Assembly (NCBI GenBank): GCA_951406725.2
Contig: OX597818.1
Coordinates: 132,804,001-132,868,000 of the forward strand
Source of the DNA: Octopus vulgaris
Taxonomy: Eukaryota
DNA: 64,000 nucleotides
Direction of reading: 5' to 3'
Position numbers and translations under genes: made by a program. Numbering within the stretch: position 1 is the stretch's first letter; the number at the start of each line of letters is the position of its first letter. The notes beneath the pieces were generated by a model. That model saw only the letters and a list, made by a program, of their open reading frames with translations. It did not search any database and was not told the DNA's origin. Positions 24,875 through 38,369 of the stretch are shown piece after piece.

Positions 24875-25295
24875 GGCGCAGGAGTGGCTGTGTGGTAAGT
24901 AGCTTGCTAACCAACCACATGGTTCCGGGTTCAGCCCCACTGCGTGGCATCTTGGGCAAGTGTCTTCTACTATAGCCTCGGGCCGACCAAAGCATAGTGA
25001 GTGGATTTGGTAGACGGAAACTGAAAGAAGCCTGTCGTATATATGTATATATATATATATATGTATGTATGTGTGTGTTTGTGTGTCTGTGTTTGTCCCC
25101 CTAGCATTGCTTGACAACCGATGCTGGTGTATTTACGTCCCCGTTACTTAGCGGTTCGCCAAAAAGAGACCGATACAATAAGTACTAGGCTTACAAAGAA
25201 TAAGTCCCGGGGTCGATTTGCTCGACTAAAGGCGGTGCTCCAGCATGGCCGCAGTCAAATGACTGAAACAAGCAAAAGAAAAGTAAAAGAAAAAA
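24875..25295 (+). mobile_element. SINE family A
   Basis: Full length, flanked by atata. Confidence 0.92.
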
Positions 25296-25399
25296 TATAT
25301 TGATTTGGTTTTTTTTTACGGAATCCCACGTTTTTGGTTATGGAGGATCCGATTCTGAAAAAAGTTTTCAAAAATCGCATTTTCAAATTTTCAGTTGTC

Positions 25400-25862
25400 C
25401 GTCCTTGGCCTTCAAGCAGGCTATCTACATGCTAGAACTTACTTGTTTTTCTACAATACACCATAAATGTTCAATAACATTGTGATCTGGGGACTGTGGT
25501 GGCCAGATAAAATGTTCAACTTCACTAGAATGATCCTCGTGCAATTCAGTAACAACTTTAGTTGTGTGAATTAGTGCATTATCATCGTGAAAGATTGCGT
25601 TTCCCTCCGGAAACGGTTCTGCAATCGCAATCATAGGATGCATTTGATAAGATAAAGTGCTTAAATAGTCTTTATTAATTCTGCCATGAAGGGAAAATAG
25701 TGGGCAGGCGGATCTCCAAGATACAGCCCCTTCCTCCAGATCATCACAGATCCTCCTCCATGTTTAACAGCTGGTAGAAGGCAGTCTGGGTCGAATGTTT
25801 CTTTTGGCTGTCTCGACACGTATACTCGGCCGTTGATGGGAAATAAGGTAAGAGATGGCTCT
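25400..25862 (-). pseudogene. Tc1-like DD34E transposase fragment
   Basis: VKHGGGSVMIW...IFHDDNALIH...WPPQSPDHNVIEHLW. Confidence 0.88.
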
Positions 25863-26267
25863 TATATTCTTGAAATCACTTTCAGTTAAAAAATATTTCT
25901 AAATGATTAAAATATTGCGTACGTCAAAAATTCGACGTTTTTGTTTTCTTCGAGCGCGCGAAAACTATATGTCTGTATATGTCACAAATATCTGATGTGT
26001 GTTTGTGTTGATTAACACCCCATGGCAATATGTGTGTGTATTCTGTATGTGTGTTGACGTCACGGAAGCTATGTTTTATTATGTCAAGAAATAACAAACA
26101 AAAGATGTGTTTTTTCATTAATAAATGGAGGTCCAAATATCACAATTTTTTTTTTTACTTCACTGCCGATCGTAAGTATGTAAATAAATATGCAAATGAA
26201 AATATAAAATATACTATTTCTGAGATATTTCGGGTACACACAAGCATCTTTATAGTTTTAATATTAT

Positions 26268-26361
<94 letters not shown>

Positions 26362-26487
26362 CTTTCTGTAGAAGAGCGTAGGCTCGAAACGTAAAAGACT
26401 TTTTCAATTCCTGAGCGTTATACTAATACATCTGTTTGTTTTATACACCACCTGTCTTCGTCTTTTGTTTTTTTTCGTGAACTCTCC

Positions 26488-26535
<48 letters not shown>

Positions 26536-26542
<7 letters not shown>

Positions 26543-26731
26543 TCGTCATACTTATATGGCAGTCTTATAAATATAAGACTAAAGCTGTCGCTGATTAGCT
26601 CCAAGAGGCCACCGCCTCAAGCTAGCTATTTGACACACAACCTGCGTCCATTATAAACCTTCTTAGAGCTAATCAGCGACAGCTTTAGTCTTATATTTAT
26701 AAGATTGCCATATAAGTATGGCGATAACTAT
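26536..26731. repeat. 71-bp inverted repeat (3 mismatches) with 54-bp spacer, abutting (TA)n
   Basis: 26536-26606 versus the reverse complement of 26661-26731. Confidence 0.93.
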
Positions 26732-26803
26732 TAATTTCCAGTAACGCTGCCGTAATCTCCTTTAGAGAGACTTAGTAATTTTAATATTTCTATTATATAT
26801 ATA

Positions 26804-26965
26804 GGCGCAGGAGTGGCTGTGTGGTAAGTAGCTTGCTAACCAACCACATGGTTCCGGGTTCAGTCCCACTGCGTGGCATCTTTGGCAAGTGTCTTCTGCT
26901 ATAGCACCGGGCCGACCAATGCCTTGTGAGTGGATTTGGTAGACGGAAACCGAAAGAAGCCTGTC

Positions 26966-27039
<74 letters not shown>

Positions 27040-27250
27040 TTGTGTGTCCGTGTTTGTCCCCCTAGCGTTGCTTGACAACCGATGCTGGTGTGTTTACGTC
27101 CCCGTTACTTAGCGGTTCGGCAAAAGAGACCGATAGAATAAGTACTGGGCTTACAGTGAATAAGTCCCGGAGTCGATTTGCTCGACTAAAGGCGGTGCTC
27201 CAGCATGGCCGCAGTCAAATGACTGAAACAAGTAAAAGAGTAAAAGAGTA
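26804..27250 (+). mobile_element. SINE family A
   Basis: Full length with (GAGTAAAA)n tail. Confidence 0.92.
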
Positions 27251-27254
27251 ATGA

Positions 27255-27290
<36 letters not shown>

Positions 27291-27316
27291 CACACAAACA
27301 CACACACACACACACA

Positions 27317-27500
27317 TACGAGGGGTGCTGAAAAGTTCCTGGTTTTAAGGGTATCACGAAAGGCCTGCTTGGAGGCCCAAACTTCCGAGTTCTTTTACAG
27401 GGCTTAGAAAAACTGATGGACTGCTGCAATATGTGTATGAATCTAAGAGGGAAATACGTTGAATAAAATCATAATTAACTGATTCTTCCGTATTTTCTTT
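27317..27500 (+). mobile_element. Internally deleted mariner remnant
   Basis: TIR-like start ta-cgaggggtgctgaaaagttcc, followed by transposase C-terminus GLEKLMDCCNMCMNLRGKYVE*. Confidence 0.65.
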
Positions 27501-27732
27501 TGTGAAAGATTCACATCCTGACTCCTGGATGGCTTTAGTGACGTCCAGTCTGTTGCAAGCATTTGAGCCAGGTTTCCTCTCAATAATCTCAGAGATTCTG
27601 TGTAAGATCGAAGGCGCTGCTCTTTCTCATCTGACTAATCCTTATATCCATAGTGACGTTCATCTATTGCCACACTATTGAGATGTGACAGACCTTATTC
27701 TCTGAGAGCTTACTACTGACCACTCTTTAGTA

Positions 27733-27873
27733 TTAGGTTGTCCCAAAAGTTCGTAAACACTTGCGAAAATTGAATTTTTACTCGCCAAGTACTAACAAAA
27801 ACAACAAAAATTATTCCTCAAAATAAAGACCATTATTTTCCAAGACTTTCTACGAACTTTTGGGACAACCTTA
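27733..27873. mobile_element. Tc1/mariner MITE
   Basis: 23-bp TIRs ttaggttgtcccaaaagttcgta / tacgaacttttgggacaacctta with TA on both sides. Confidence 0.88.
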
Positions 27874-27956
27874 TATTTGTACATTTTTGTGTATTTTTAA
27901 CAGGTTATGATGGTTTTTCTAACTTACCATTACTGTTGATGATGAGGATGTTGATA

Positions 27957-28013
<57 letters not shown>

Positions 28014-28979
28014 ATGATGATGGTGATATTGATGATGATGATAAAGACGATCATGATGATTTTTGTTCACACACACAAAAAAAAAAAGAGAAACCACAGT
28101 CAGACGATATCACATTTTTCCATTCCTGTCGAATGCAGTTTGTCAGAGAGTGCAACAATTATGCATAACTCGTTGGTGGTTTATGAAAACAAGCAGACAA
28201 ATCAATTATAATCTAAAATATATTTCTCAGAACTGTTAAAATCCTGAAACAATGGCACAGCATTTTGGCGCCTAGCTCTTAACATTAAATAATTTTGGTT
28301 AATTTTCTCCGCACTCTACTGTTTCAACTCGTACAAACTGATTTCATAACATATAACACATCATTCACATTAGTGATTTCTCCTCTGGGGATTCTATATG
28401 TATGAGTTTTTTTGTATGCGTTTCTACGAATGTGTGTGTGTGTATGTGTGCATTGTATGTATTTGTGATGGCTGCAAAAACTGTGATAGTGATTATGGCA
28501 GTTGTGGTGGTGATAGGTTACGTAAGATATGTGTATGTATGTAATTATAAGTATAACAATCTATGTCTATGCGTGCCGATGTGTGTGCATATATGTGTGA
28601 CAGATTGTTGGTTCAGATGTTCTGCATCCCAACTTCTACGTTCATGCACGCAGAAGGATCTCTCACAACCGTACGAAAAAGGGTTTATTAGTAGCATCCA
28701 GACCAAAGGTACTCCACTCGCAAGACCTCAGCGGTGAATCAGGTGGATGAAGTTACTTAATTCAACAGCCGTGAAAACGAATTAAGGCTGCAACAGATTT
28801 TACAACTATAATTGTCCTGGTTTCCTTGCCACTGGGTCCAGTTGGCAGATTCGTGGTGAAGGATTGTGTGTTTCTTGGAGCTCAGCAAGTACACGTTTAA
28901 CAACATCACGCACACCCGTATTTGTTTAAAACAAAACAAAGTCTTTTGGTGAACAGGGAAAAGTTGCGGGAGCAGTCTT

Positions 28980-29575
28980 GTGATGGCTGGAAGCTCTTAG
29001 TCACGAACCGATATGGAAGCGAAAAATACCGGATTCGGTCGTTCAGTTTTTGGAAATAAAGGAGGGAAGTTGTTCGGCAGCGGTATTCTAGACTGTGCAG
29101 CCTTCTTTAGGATACGCGCTTCACGTACTAAAATCTGGAGGAGGCAAGAAAAGGTGCCCTAAACATAATCAGCTCCAGTTTAGCCTATTTGGAAAACCGC
29201 TTTTAGAGGGACTCGCCAACATGCCATCGAAAAGCTACAAGACATCAAACAATGAAATTCAAAACATGGAACGCATGAACTCTGATGACCAATTCAAACT
29301 TGGACAAGCCTGAAAGAAGAACTACCTTTGTAGCTTGCGAAACTTCAAAAGTTCAACTGTGGTATTTTTCTCTCTGTGAGACCAGAAGAGCAGGAGAGGG
29401 ACGACTCAAAGAGAGACCCGGCCAATACACTTTCTTTTGGAAAGGTTTTGATCCTGAATAACATAGGACCTATGGTGTGAGATTTGCTATCTGAAACAGC
29501 CTGCTTTGCAAAGTAACTGAGTAACCTCTTGGAATCAACGAACGATTTTTGGCAATGAAGATTATGCTTCGTAGA
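28980..29575 (+). pseudogene. RTE (BovB-like) LINE 5' region with degenerate AP endonuclease
   Basis: MKFKTWNA*TLMTNSNLDKPERRTTFVACELQKFN...AGEGRLKE..GQYTFFWKG...YGVRFAI*NSLL...PLGINERF. Confidence 0.82.
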
Positions 29576-29609
29576 AATTGACATGCCGCCATCATCAGTG
29601 CAGGAATTT

Positions 29610-29778
29610 CGAGAGAGGGATAAGTCAACTACATCGACTCCAGTGCTCAACTGATACTATTTTGTTGACCTCGAAAGACAAAGTCAGCCTCGGTGGGATT
29701 TGAACACAGAACATAAAGACTGACAAAACACCACTAAGCATTTTGTCCGTGCTGACCTTCCTGTTAGGTCACTGCCTT
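29610..29778 (-). mobile_element. SINE family B, diverged
   Basis: Head and central block recognisable. Confidence 0.75.
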
Positions 29779-29819
29779 AAAATAATTATAATTATTATTA
29801 TAAATATAATTATAATAAA

Positions 29820-30358
29820 CGCCCTGATGCAGCATCAGGTACGAACTCTCATGGGTTTTGATCTTAACTGATTGGAAGCGTTATTATGTACGTGTCTTGG
29901 TATGAAAGATGGGCTACAGCAAATATTCTGCTCAATACCACAGATTTGCTTGTCACTTGTTTGACCTTAACGAGTTGAGCCCTTGATGGCTGACGATATG
30001 TGCATCACGAACAGAAGTAGCGGGGGAGAATCATAAGCCATGTGTCGTGAGAAATTATTTGGGGTTTCAATAAATGACGTCTGGAAGCATGGGTGTTTCG
30101 GTCAACATCCTTCACAAACCTTACTCGGGGACCTTTTGAGCGGGCTACTCGACCTGAAGAAAATTCTGTGTCTCACCTGGAAGATTATGCGCTGTTTAAC
30201 TTGATAAAGGATCACCATGTCGCGTATATATGGCTGTGGTGCATGTGCCTAGTGTACCCTTACCAGACGGGTAGTCACGATGGGTATACTGGGCTTCGTA
30301 TATTTTACCCCAGTATCACTGTGGCGGCATGCACTGCTCCCTCACTCAATAACGATAA
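29820..30358 (+). mobile_element. About 530-bp non-coding retroposon family E with (AAT)n tail
   Basis: Aligns end to end with 42795-43306 (-). Starts gccctgatgcag and ends ctcactcaataa. Confidence 0.8.
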
Positions 30359-30566
30359 TTTCAAATGTTGGCACAAAGCCAGCAAGATCGGGTGAAGGGG
30401 TGGATCTATTTCATCAACCCTAGTGCTCAGCTGGTAATTTATCAACCCCTAAAAGGATGAATGGCAAAGTCAACCTCGACGGAATTCTAACTCAGAACAT
30501 AAAGACGGACGAAATGGTGGTAAGCATTTTGCCCGGCGTGCTAACGATCCTGCTAGCTAGCCGCCT

Positions 30567-30567
<1 letters not shown>
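30359..30567 (-). mobile_element. SINE family B
   Basis: Head at the right end, abutting (AAT)n. Confidence 0.82.
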
Positions 30568-30636
<69 letters not shown>

Positions 30637-30964
30637 TAATAGTAATTACTATTATTATATTTTTATTTTTTTATTGACGTTTTTGTCATAATATTCTTCT
30701 TGGGTTCTTAGATGAGACATTTTCGTTACACTTTCCTATTCCAGTTCAACGCCAGACCAAACTCCTCCACCATGATAGCAGATACATGAAGAAAGGTTAT
30801 ATGATCTTTTTTTTTCTTCCTATTATGTTATAACAGATATATTTTTTCTGATTACATTGTAAAAATTGTCTTTCTTCAACTTTAATTGTCAGATGTTCAA
30901 ATCAGATACGTGTTTCGTGGTCTTTTATCTTACGTATATCAAAATACACCACCATGTGTATGTT

Positions 30965-30998
<34 letters not shown>

Positions 30999-31012
30999 TG
31001 TATGTATGTATG

Positions 31013-31077
<65 letters not shown>

Positions 31078-31568
31078 GTAAAAAAATATACAAACTGGGA
31101 CAAGAACGTGAAACATTTAGAAGACGACACAAAAAACACGGACGGGACATTCGAAGCCCTCAATCATCAGTCAAGAACCGGATCATCTTCGCAATATAAA
31201 TATATAAATACGTATGCATGTATGTATGTATGTATGTATGATGATATCTGAAGAGAAACAGCAATTTTAGCAAAGCATATTAAGCAACACTAACAATAAA
31301 TTAAAATAAAACATAAAAATAAACAGGCTTCTGACGGTTTTATAGATATTTCAAAATTATGATGATTTGATGCTAGGTCTTTCCATTATTTTGTCCCATC
31401 ACTGTATGTATATATATATATATATTCCCTTCTATTGGACTTTCCTCTGTTTCCGAAAAAGAGCGTCTGCTCGAAACGTTAAACCATCTTTCTTTCCATC
31501 CCTGAGCGTCTGCTAATACCTTACATGTACCACGTCCTCGCGTTATTGTTGTTTTGGTGTTTTTTTTA

Positions 31569-31604
<36 letters not shown>

Positions 31605-32170
31605 TTGTATGTACTTATAAGTATATATATATGCGTGTATGTGTGTATGTGTAAATATGTATGTATGTGTGTGTGAATATGTACATGTACATACATACAT
31701 ACAAATCTGTATCTCTCTCCCTATACATATACCTATGCACACACACTCACATGCTCTCACAACGAGCAAGCATATTTTCATGATGTGCTTTCATATGATA
31801 TAAATCTGATACGTATTACAGCACATATGAAAATTTATAGTGATATATCGACTGAATGTTTGTTTATCTTTTAGACCCTATGAATCATCTACTTTAACTG
31901 ACAGAACAATTCAACCTATCATGCACAAGGCTGAGAACAAAGAACACTACCACAGACAACAACAACAACAACAACAGCAATAACAATTATAAAGTACATA
32001 ACAAAGTAAATCAATAATTATATAAATATATGACAGACATAATTCTTGCAATTAATTTGGCACTACTAAATCGTCTAGCTAACCATTACCTTTTTGAAAA
32101 GGTTCAATAGATTAATAGGTATACAACAAATGCTGTTGTTGCTGTTACTGTTCATGAGGATTTTCCTATT

Positions 32171-32233
<63 letters not shown>

Positions 32234-32505
32234 ATGTAAGTAGTTGTTGAAGTTAGTTGTTAAAACCAAAAAAAAAAAAAAAAATCGTTGAATTTAAGCA
32301 TCAACGTTGACAATGTAACATGGTCCACAAAACTTAATTGTTGTTTACAACCAACTAGCAGGCAATCATTTGATATGAACATGCAATGGAATGAAAATAA
32401 ATCTGTGAATATCTGCCTGTGCACATATACATACATACACATACATACATACATACATACATACATACATACATACATACATACATACATACATACATAC
32501 ATACA

Positions 32506-32539
<34 letters not shown>

Positions 32540-32691
32540 CATACATACACACATACATACGTACATACATACGTACATACATACATTCATATATACATAT
32601 TAAGTCGTACATGTATACATGTAACTTTGGTGCATGTATACCTATGACATATGTGCATGAGGTAATGTATGTTTAGGTGTGTGTGTATGTG

Positions 32692-32765
<74 letters not shown>

Positions 32766-32796
32766 TATAGATATATATATATAGTGATGTAAATAT

Positions 32797-33030
32797 GCCA
32801 TTTGAATATGGCTAACCCCTAAGGGTGGATGCTACTGTAGTTTTTAGCCCGAGGAAGACATCTCCTCCAGCTGGCTATAGACACACTTTCTGTGCTCTAT
32901 CAGTATTTGCAAAGGGAAGCCATCCTTCCCGTCTTCAACTTATGATACACACGGACCCGAGTTTCAAGGTATTGGCCTATCATCAGCGTGTGATAATCAC
33001 AGTTGTCGATAGGAAGGAGGTTCTCTTTAC
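32797..33030 (-). mobile_element. PLE terminal repeat family F containing a HHR
   Basis: Both of its blocks recur at 53434-53700. Confidence 0.72.
32948..32992 (-). ncRNA. Minimal type I hammerhead ribozyme, family 4
   Basis: Minus strand: CACACG-CTGATGA-tAGGccaataCCTt-GAAA-CTCGGG-TC-CGTGTG. Confidence 0.82.
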
Positions 33031-33141
33031 AAATACATATACTTTTTCCAGTGTTCAAATGGCATATTTACATAACGATGTGTTTCTGCTACTGTTGATA
33101 ACTCACTCTGATATTTATCATTATATATATATATATATATA

Positions 33142-33612
33142 TCAGGTTGATGCAAAAGTTATGTCTGATTTCTAGAAAAAAATGTTTCAGAGCGAATTTA
33201 TCAATTTATAACCTCTTCTTATAGAGTTTAGATATCTCTTGTGTCTAATTTGTACTATTTTCTTTCAGATTATTTAACTTCTGGCCATAGTTCTCAGACA
33301 ATTTTACCACCATGTTTGACCCATCTAAAGATCACATAAGAAATGTTTTACTCAACGAGTTTCATAAAGGTGTTGATGCAAGTGCGGCAACAAGATCTAT
33401 TCAGAGCACTTATGGGGATGATGTAGTGAATGAAAGCAGTTGCATGGGCCACGTTGAACTGTTCTGCAAGCTTCCTAGTGGTAATCGTAGGGTTCTCTGA
33501 AACAAGAGCTTCCAACATTTCGAAATCAAGATTTTTGGGGCGACCCTCTTTTGGCTCTTCTTTCAAAGTGAAATCATCACTTCGGAAACTGGAAAATCAC
33601 CTCCTGCAACTG
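33142..33612 (+). mobile_element. Mariner 5' fragment with internal inversion
   Basis: TIR-like tcaggttgatgcaaaagttatg. The + strand reads HIRNVLLNEFHKG...VNESSC, and the continuation FRSDDFTLKEEPKEGRPK...ENPTITTRKLAEQFNV is on the - strand. Confidence 0.85.
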
Positions 33613-33839
33613 GTTGAGAACATTCTCTCTTTTTCTGTCAGATTACACTTCAAGATCATATTGAATCTGTCTATTTTTTTACCTTCCAAAACAAGCATGT
33701 TGTTGCTATTTTTGGCAGTCCAAATGACTGCATAAATACCTACTTTTTGGCTCAATAACCCCTGGTCATCCTCTAAGATTAAGCTCACAAGATTTTCATG
33801 GGAGAATGCACTTGAACGGCATTCTCTTTATCTTATTAG

Positions 33840-34208
33840 TATTGGTGCCACTTAAAAAGTACCCATTACATTTGGCATTAGGAAGGGTATGCAGCCATAG
33901 AAACCAAACCAGAATAGGCTACGGAATCTGGTGTGGCTCCTGGTCTTATTCCTGTCAAGCCGTCCAACCCATGCCAGCATGGAAAACAAACATTAAATGT
34001 TGATGATGAGGAGGATGATGATGATGATGATGATAGTGATGATGACAATGATGGTGACGATGATGATGATAATGATGATGATGATGGTGACAATGGTGAC
34101 GATGATGATGATGATGATGATGATGATAATGATGGTGATGATGATGGTGGTGGTGGTGACGATGGTGATGGTGACGATGATGATGATGGTGACGATGACG
34201 ATGGTGAC

Positions 34209-34242
<34 letters not shown>

Positions 34243-34400
34243 GTGACGATAATGATGGTGATGATGATGGTGGTGATGATGATGGTGGTGATGATGATGG
34301 TGGCGGTGGTGGTGGTAGTGGTGGTGGTGGTGGTGGTGGTGGTGATGGTGACGATGATGATGATGGGGGTGGGGGTGAGGATGATGATGACAATGATGAT
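33840..34400 (+). mobile_element. RTE 3' UTR fragment (family D) whose tail expanded into a roughly 400-bp (GAT/GGT)n compound microsatellite
   Basis: ggcattaggaaggg...ccaacccatgccagcatgg followed by a GAT/GAC/GGT run. Confidence 0.78.
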
Positions 34401-35046
34401 AGTTTTAAGTACTAGGATTGGAACTCATATTGCTAAGTCTTTATTCATAGGGCACTCCAACAGTTTGCACCAGTAAGCTGTCAATATTAAATTGGTGTGA
34501 ATTGGAAAGGGATTTTCTGTGTAGGGGTGAGATGGTTTAACACCAAGTAGTGATGATTCTATGCTCATATGTTTTGTGTTCCAGTATGCTATGGATACTT
34601 AATGTTGTTTGTGGTTTAATCATTTTATTCTACTTTATCTCAGATCACTTAGCTGTCATCTATCTTTAGTCTACTGGTATGGCCTAGGAATATTTTCTAA
34701 CGTAGACCAATTTCCATTTTGATGTAGAATCAATTTATTAACCATCTTCTTCATGGCATGAACACAGAGTTAAACAATATTGCTTCAAAATCCATTCTGG
34801 GAGCTCCTAGATGTTCACAAAAATAGAAAGAAGTAATTGGCAACTTTCCCTCGAAATCTTACCCTCCAATTTTAGAAAGTAAAAGGTACATTGGATAGTT
34901 CTACGAACTCCTAAAATGATGGGATGATCATAGCTGAATTATTTTTTACCATAATTCTATTTGATCAGGGTTTGGTTGGCACTAAACAAGAGCATAACTA
35001 TTGAAGCTTTGGAAGAATGCAAATAAATACGTGTATGTGTGTATGT

Positions 35047-35129
<83 letters not shown>

Positions 35130-36864
35130 CATGTGTGTGTACATATGTATGTCATTGTCTTCTTTGTAGCATTGGTGGAAGGATGAAAGCCATAACATTA
35201 CAAATGGTAATCTGACATTCTGCCAATCAACCACCCATTGGTGTTGTTTTTTTACTCCAGGTCAGGCTTGGTGCTGCAAACCTGTTACCAATCACTCCAA
35301 CTCTGACCATCCAGTTAGGTCTTTGTTTTTTTTCATTTTTCCTTCTTTGTGTATGCCATGTTCTGTATTTCATTTCAAGACAGCAGAGTTGATCAATTTG
35401 GATTATGATCAGTTTGGCAGTTATTTCTAGCAGGTTGTTAGACCACATAGAGATTCTTCCATCTGTTGTTTTCCTAGAAAGGTGTGGCATGAAATAAAAC
35501 AGTGCAATAAACATTACGAATAATATATAATTTGAATGTTTGATAAACCTTTAACATAACGACTGATTAGAGATAATGAAAACTTTGTTCATATAATGTT
35601 ATCTGCTTCACTTATTATAAAGGCTCTTATCTGTAATAATTGTATAAAAATGTATTTTGTAATCAAAATTTCAGAAAGAAATGTTTATAAATTTATTTAT
35701 TTTAGATTTCAAATAATTAAATTTCATACATTTTGCGTTATTTATGTTGTTATTTTATGTTTTTCAAATTCAAACTTATTATACTTTATCTGGATAATAT
35801 CAAATATAGAGCACCATAAATATAGTTATTAGCTAAAAAAAATAATAATAATATTGATAACAATAATTGTCTCTTTGCTCACCTTCAGTGTGGTATTAGT
35901 TTTAAATGAATTATGAAACACCAAGTAAATAAATTAACAGAATATGATTAAAGATGTCTTAAAGTAGGTGAATGAAAATACAAATATTCTACATTTTAAT
36001 CATGAGGAAATTAAAATCTGCAAGCTACAAAATGATATTGGAAATATATAAAGATTTAACATTATTTAAATAACAAACAAAACAAAATTTTAAATAACAA
36101 AGTTATAGTTATCTCCCTTACTTCCCATCTTTTGCTATATGGTATAAGAATGGAATGTGTAAAAAGGAAATATTCTTTGAGAAGATTTTTGAATAGCTTT
36201 TAATTCTGAAGGATATTTGTTGTTTTTGTTGTTTTTTATATATATATATTTTTCTACGATTGTTACATTTATGTTCTAAAAGACAATACAAATAAGAGCA
36301 ACAATAAAACACTTTCCTCTTAGAATTTCGAAGAAGATGAGAAATGATCTAAGGGAAAATTTTATATAAAACGAGATATTTTAATGATTGTGTATATGAA
36401 GGTTTATATATATATTTTTTTCTTATGTTTGTCATTGATTTTGTTTGGATGTTTATTGTGATGGAAAGCTTCATTGTTGTTGTAATCAAGAATACTCCAA
36501 CTATCACATGTCAATATTCCTCTAATCTTGCTATGTTAATCCTTTGAAATACTTAAATTCTAACTAAATTTATTAAGTATACATCTGTTCATTTTTGCCC
36601 AAATTCATTTTCAGCCTGTACTAAAGCAAGCATAATTTTATTAATACAAATCCTCCACTTACAAATGCATACATATTTATAATAATTAAACGTGTGTATA
36701 TGTGCATGTGTCTGAAAATTTATACATGTATGCATGTATGTGTATATATGCATGCATGTTTGTACGATTGTATGTGTATGTGTATGTAAATTTTGTTTGC
36801 ATAGTAAGTTTTGTGGAATGCCTATATGAGTATAAGTGGCCATATATGTGTTCATCCATGCACA

Positions 36865-36867
36865 AGC

Positions 36868-36917
<50 letters not shown>

Positions 36918-36934
36918 GCATATATATATACATA

Positions 36935-37027
<93 letters not shown>

Positions 37028-37075
37028 GCATATACATATATACATATATATATATACATACATATATACATATAC

Positions 37076-37106
<31 letters not shown>

Positions 37107-37370
37107 CATACATATATATACATATACATACATACACACACACACACACATGCACACATATATATATATATATAAACACACTCTCAAACATGCATAGATA
37201 TATGCACTTATATATGTATGTGTATATATGTATGTATGTATGTATATATGCATATGTATGAATGCTTGCATATATGTATGTATGTATGATTATGTATGTA
37301 TGTATGTATGTATGTATGTATGTATGTATGTATGTATGTATGTATGTATGTATGTATGTATGTATATATG
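36865..37370. repeat. Compound (TA)n/(CA)n/(TATG)n microsatellite
   Basis: Read directly from the sequence. Confidence 0.95.
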
Positions 37371-37761
37371 CATGCTTTTATGTGAATGCAGTCATCAATC
37401 TATTTATGAACATCAGCTTGCCGGTTTGTAAACTTTTTCAGCAATTGAAATATCCAGATTAAGTTAACATGTGATCTCTAAGTATGTAATAGCATCTATA
37501 AATTCTAATATATATGTTATATGTTTATATGTAAACTTATATGAGCAAAGAAATGCATTATTACACGGATTTAATCATTCACAAATTGTTTCCATATTAT
37601 TAGCATTTTTCATAAACAATATCTATATATGTGAAAATGTATCTAGAAGCATAAGTACGAATGTGTAACATGTTTTGCTTTATTGCTTATATTTTATTAT
37701 ATAAATATTGGGATCTCTCTCTCTCTCTCTCTCTCTTTCTCTGTATATGTATGTATGTATG

Positions 37762-37792
<31 letters not shown>

Positions 37793-37865
37793 TTAGACAG
37801 ATATAAATATTTATATAACAAATATTAGCAATATAACAAAATTTTAACAATAAAGCAAATGAATG

Positions 37866-37909
<44 letters not shown>

Positions 37910-38369
37910 GACAGATATAAATATTTATATAGCAAATATTAGCAATATAACAAGATATTAACAATAAAGCAAATGAAGGATTATGTGTGTGTGTGTATAT
38001 ATATATATATATAAGTACAGGGTGCAATGAATAAATTGTCACCATTTTATATTCTTAATTTCATGCATGCACATTGTTTGTTTTTGAATTTGTCAACCAC
38101 ACAGTATAGTAGGGTCAGTTGGGCACCATCTGTGAGAAAAACAGCACCACGACACAATTTACTCTGCCAGAAATTTGTAAACAACAAGCTGTACTGTTTG
38201 GCATTTGTGCTTGAAGCTCCAATACGAACATTTCAAAAGATGAAAGGTGAAGTCAACCTCAGAGGAAATTGAACTCAAAACGTTAAAGATGGATGAAATG
38301 CTAAGAACTTTGCCTCATGCTAACGATTCTGCCAGCTTGCTACCTTAAAGATCTGTTATTATTAATAAA

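Noticed and set aside
27925-28070. His/Gln- or Ser/Ala-rich reading next to a GTAAG donor on the minus strand
   Set aside because: It is a compound (GCT)n/(GAT)n microsatellite with no consistent upstream acceptor and frame.
31875-31983. Candidate terminal exon ending in poly-Q
   Set aside because: The only support is an acceptor-like site, and it overlaps a (CAA)n microsatellite.
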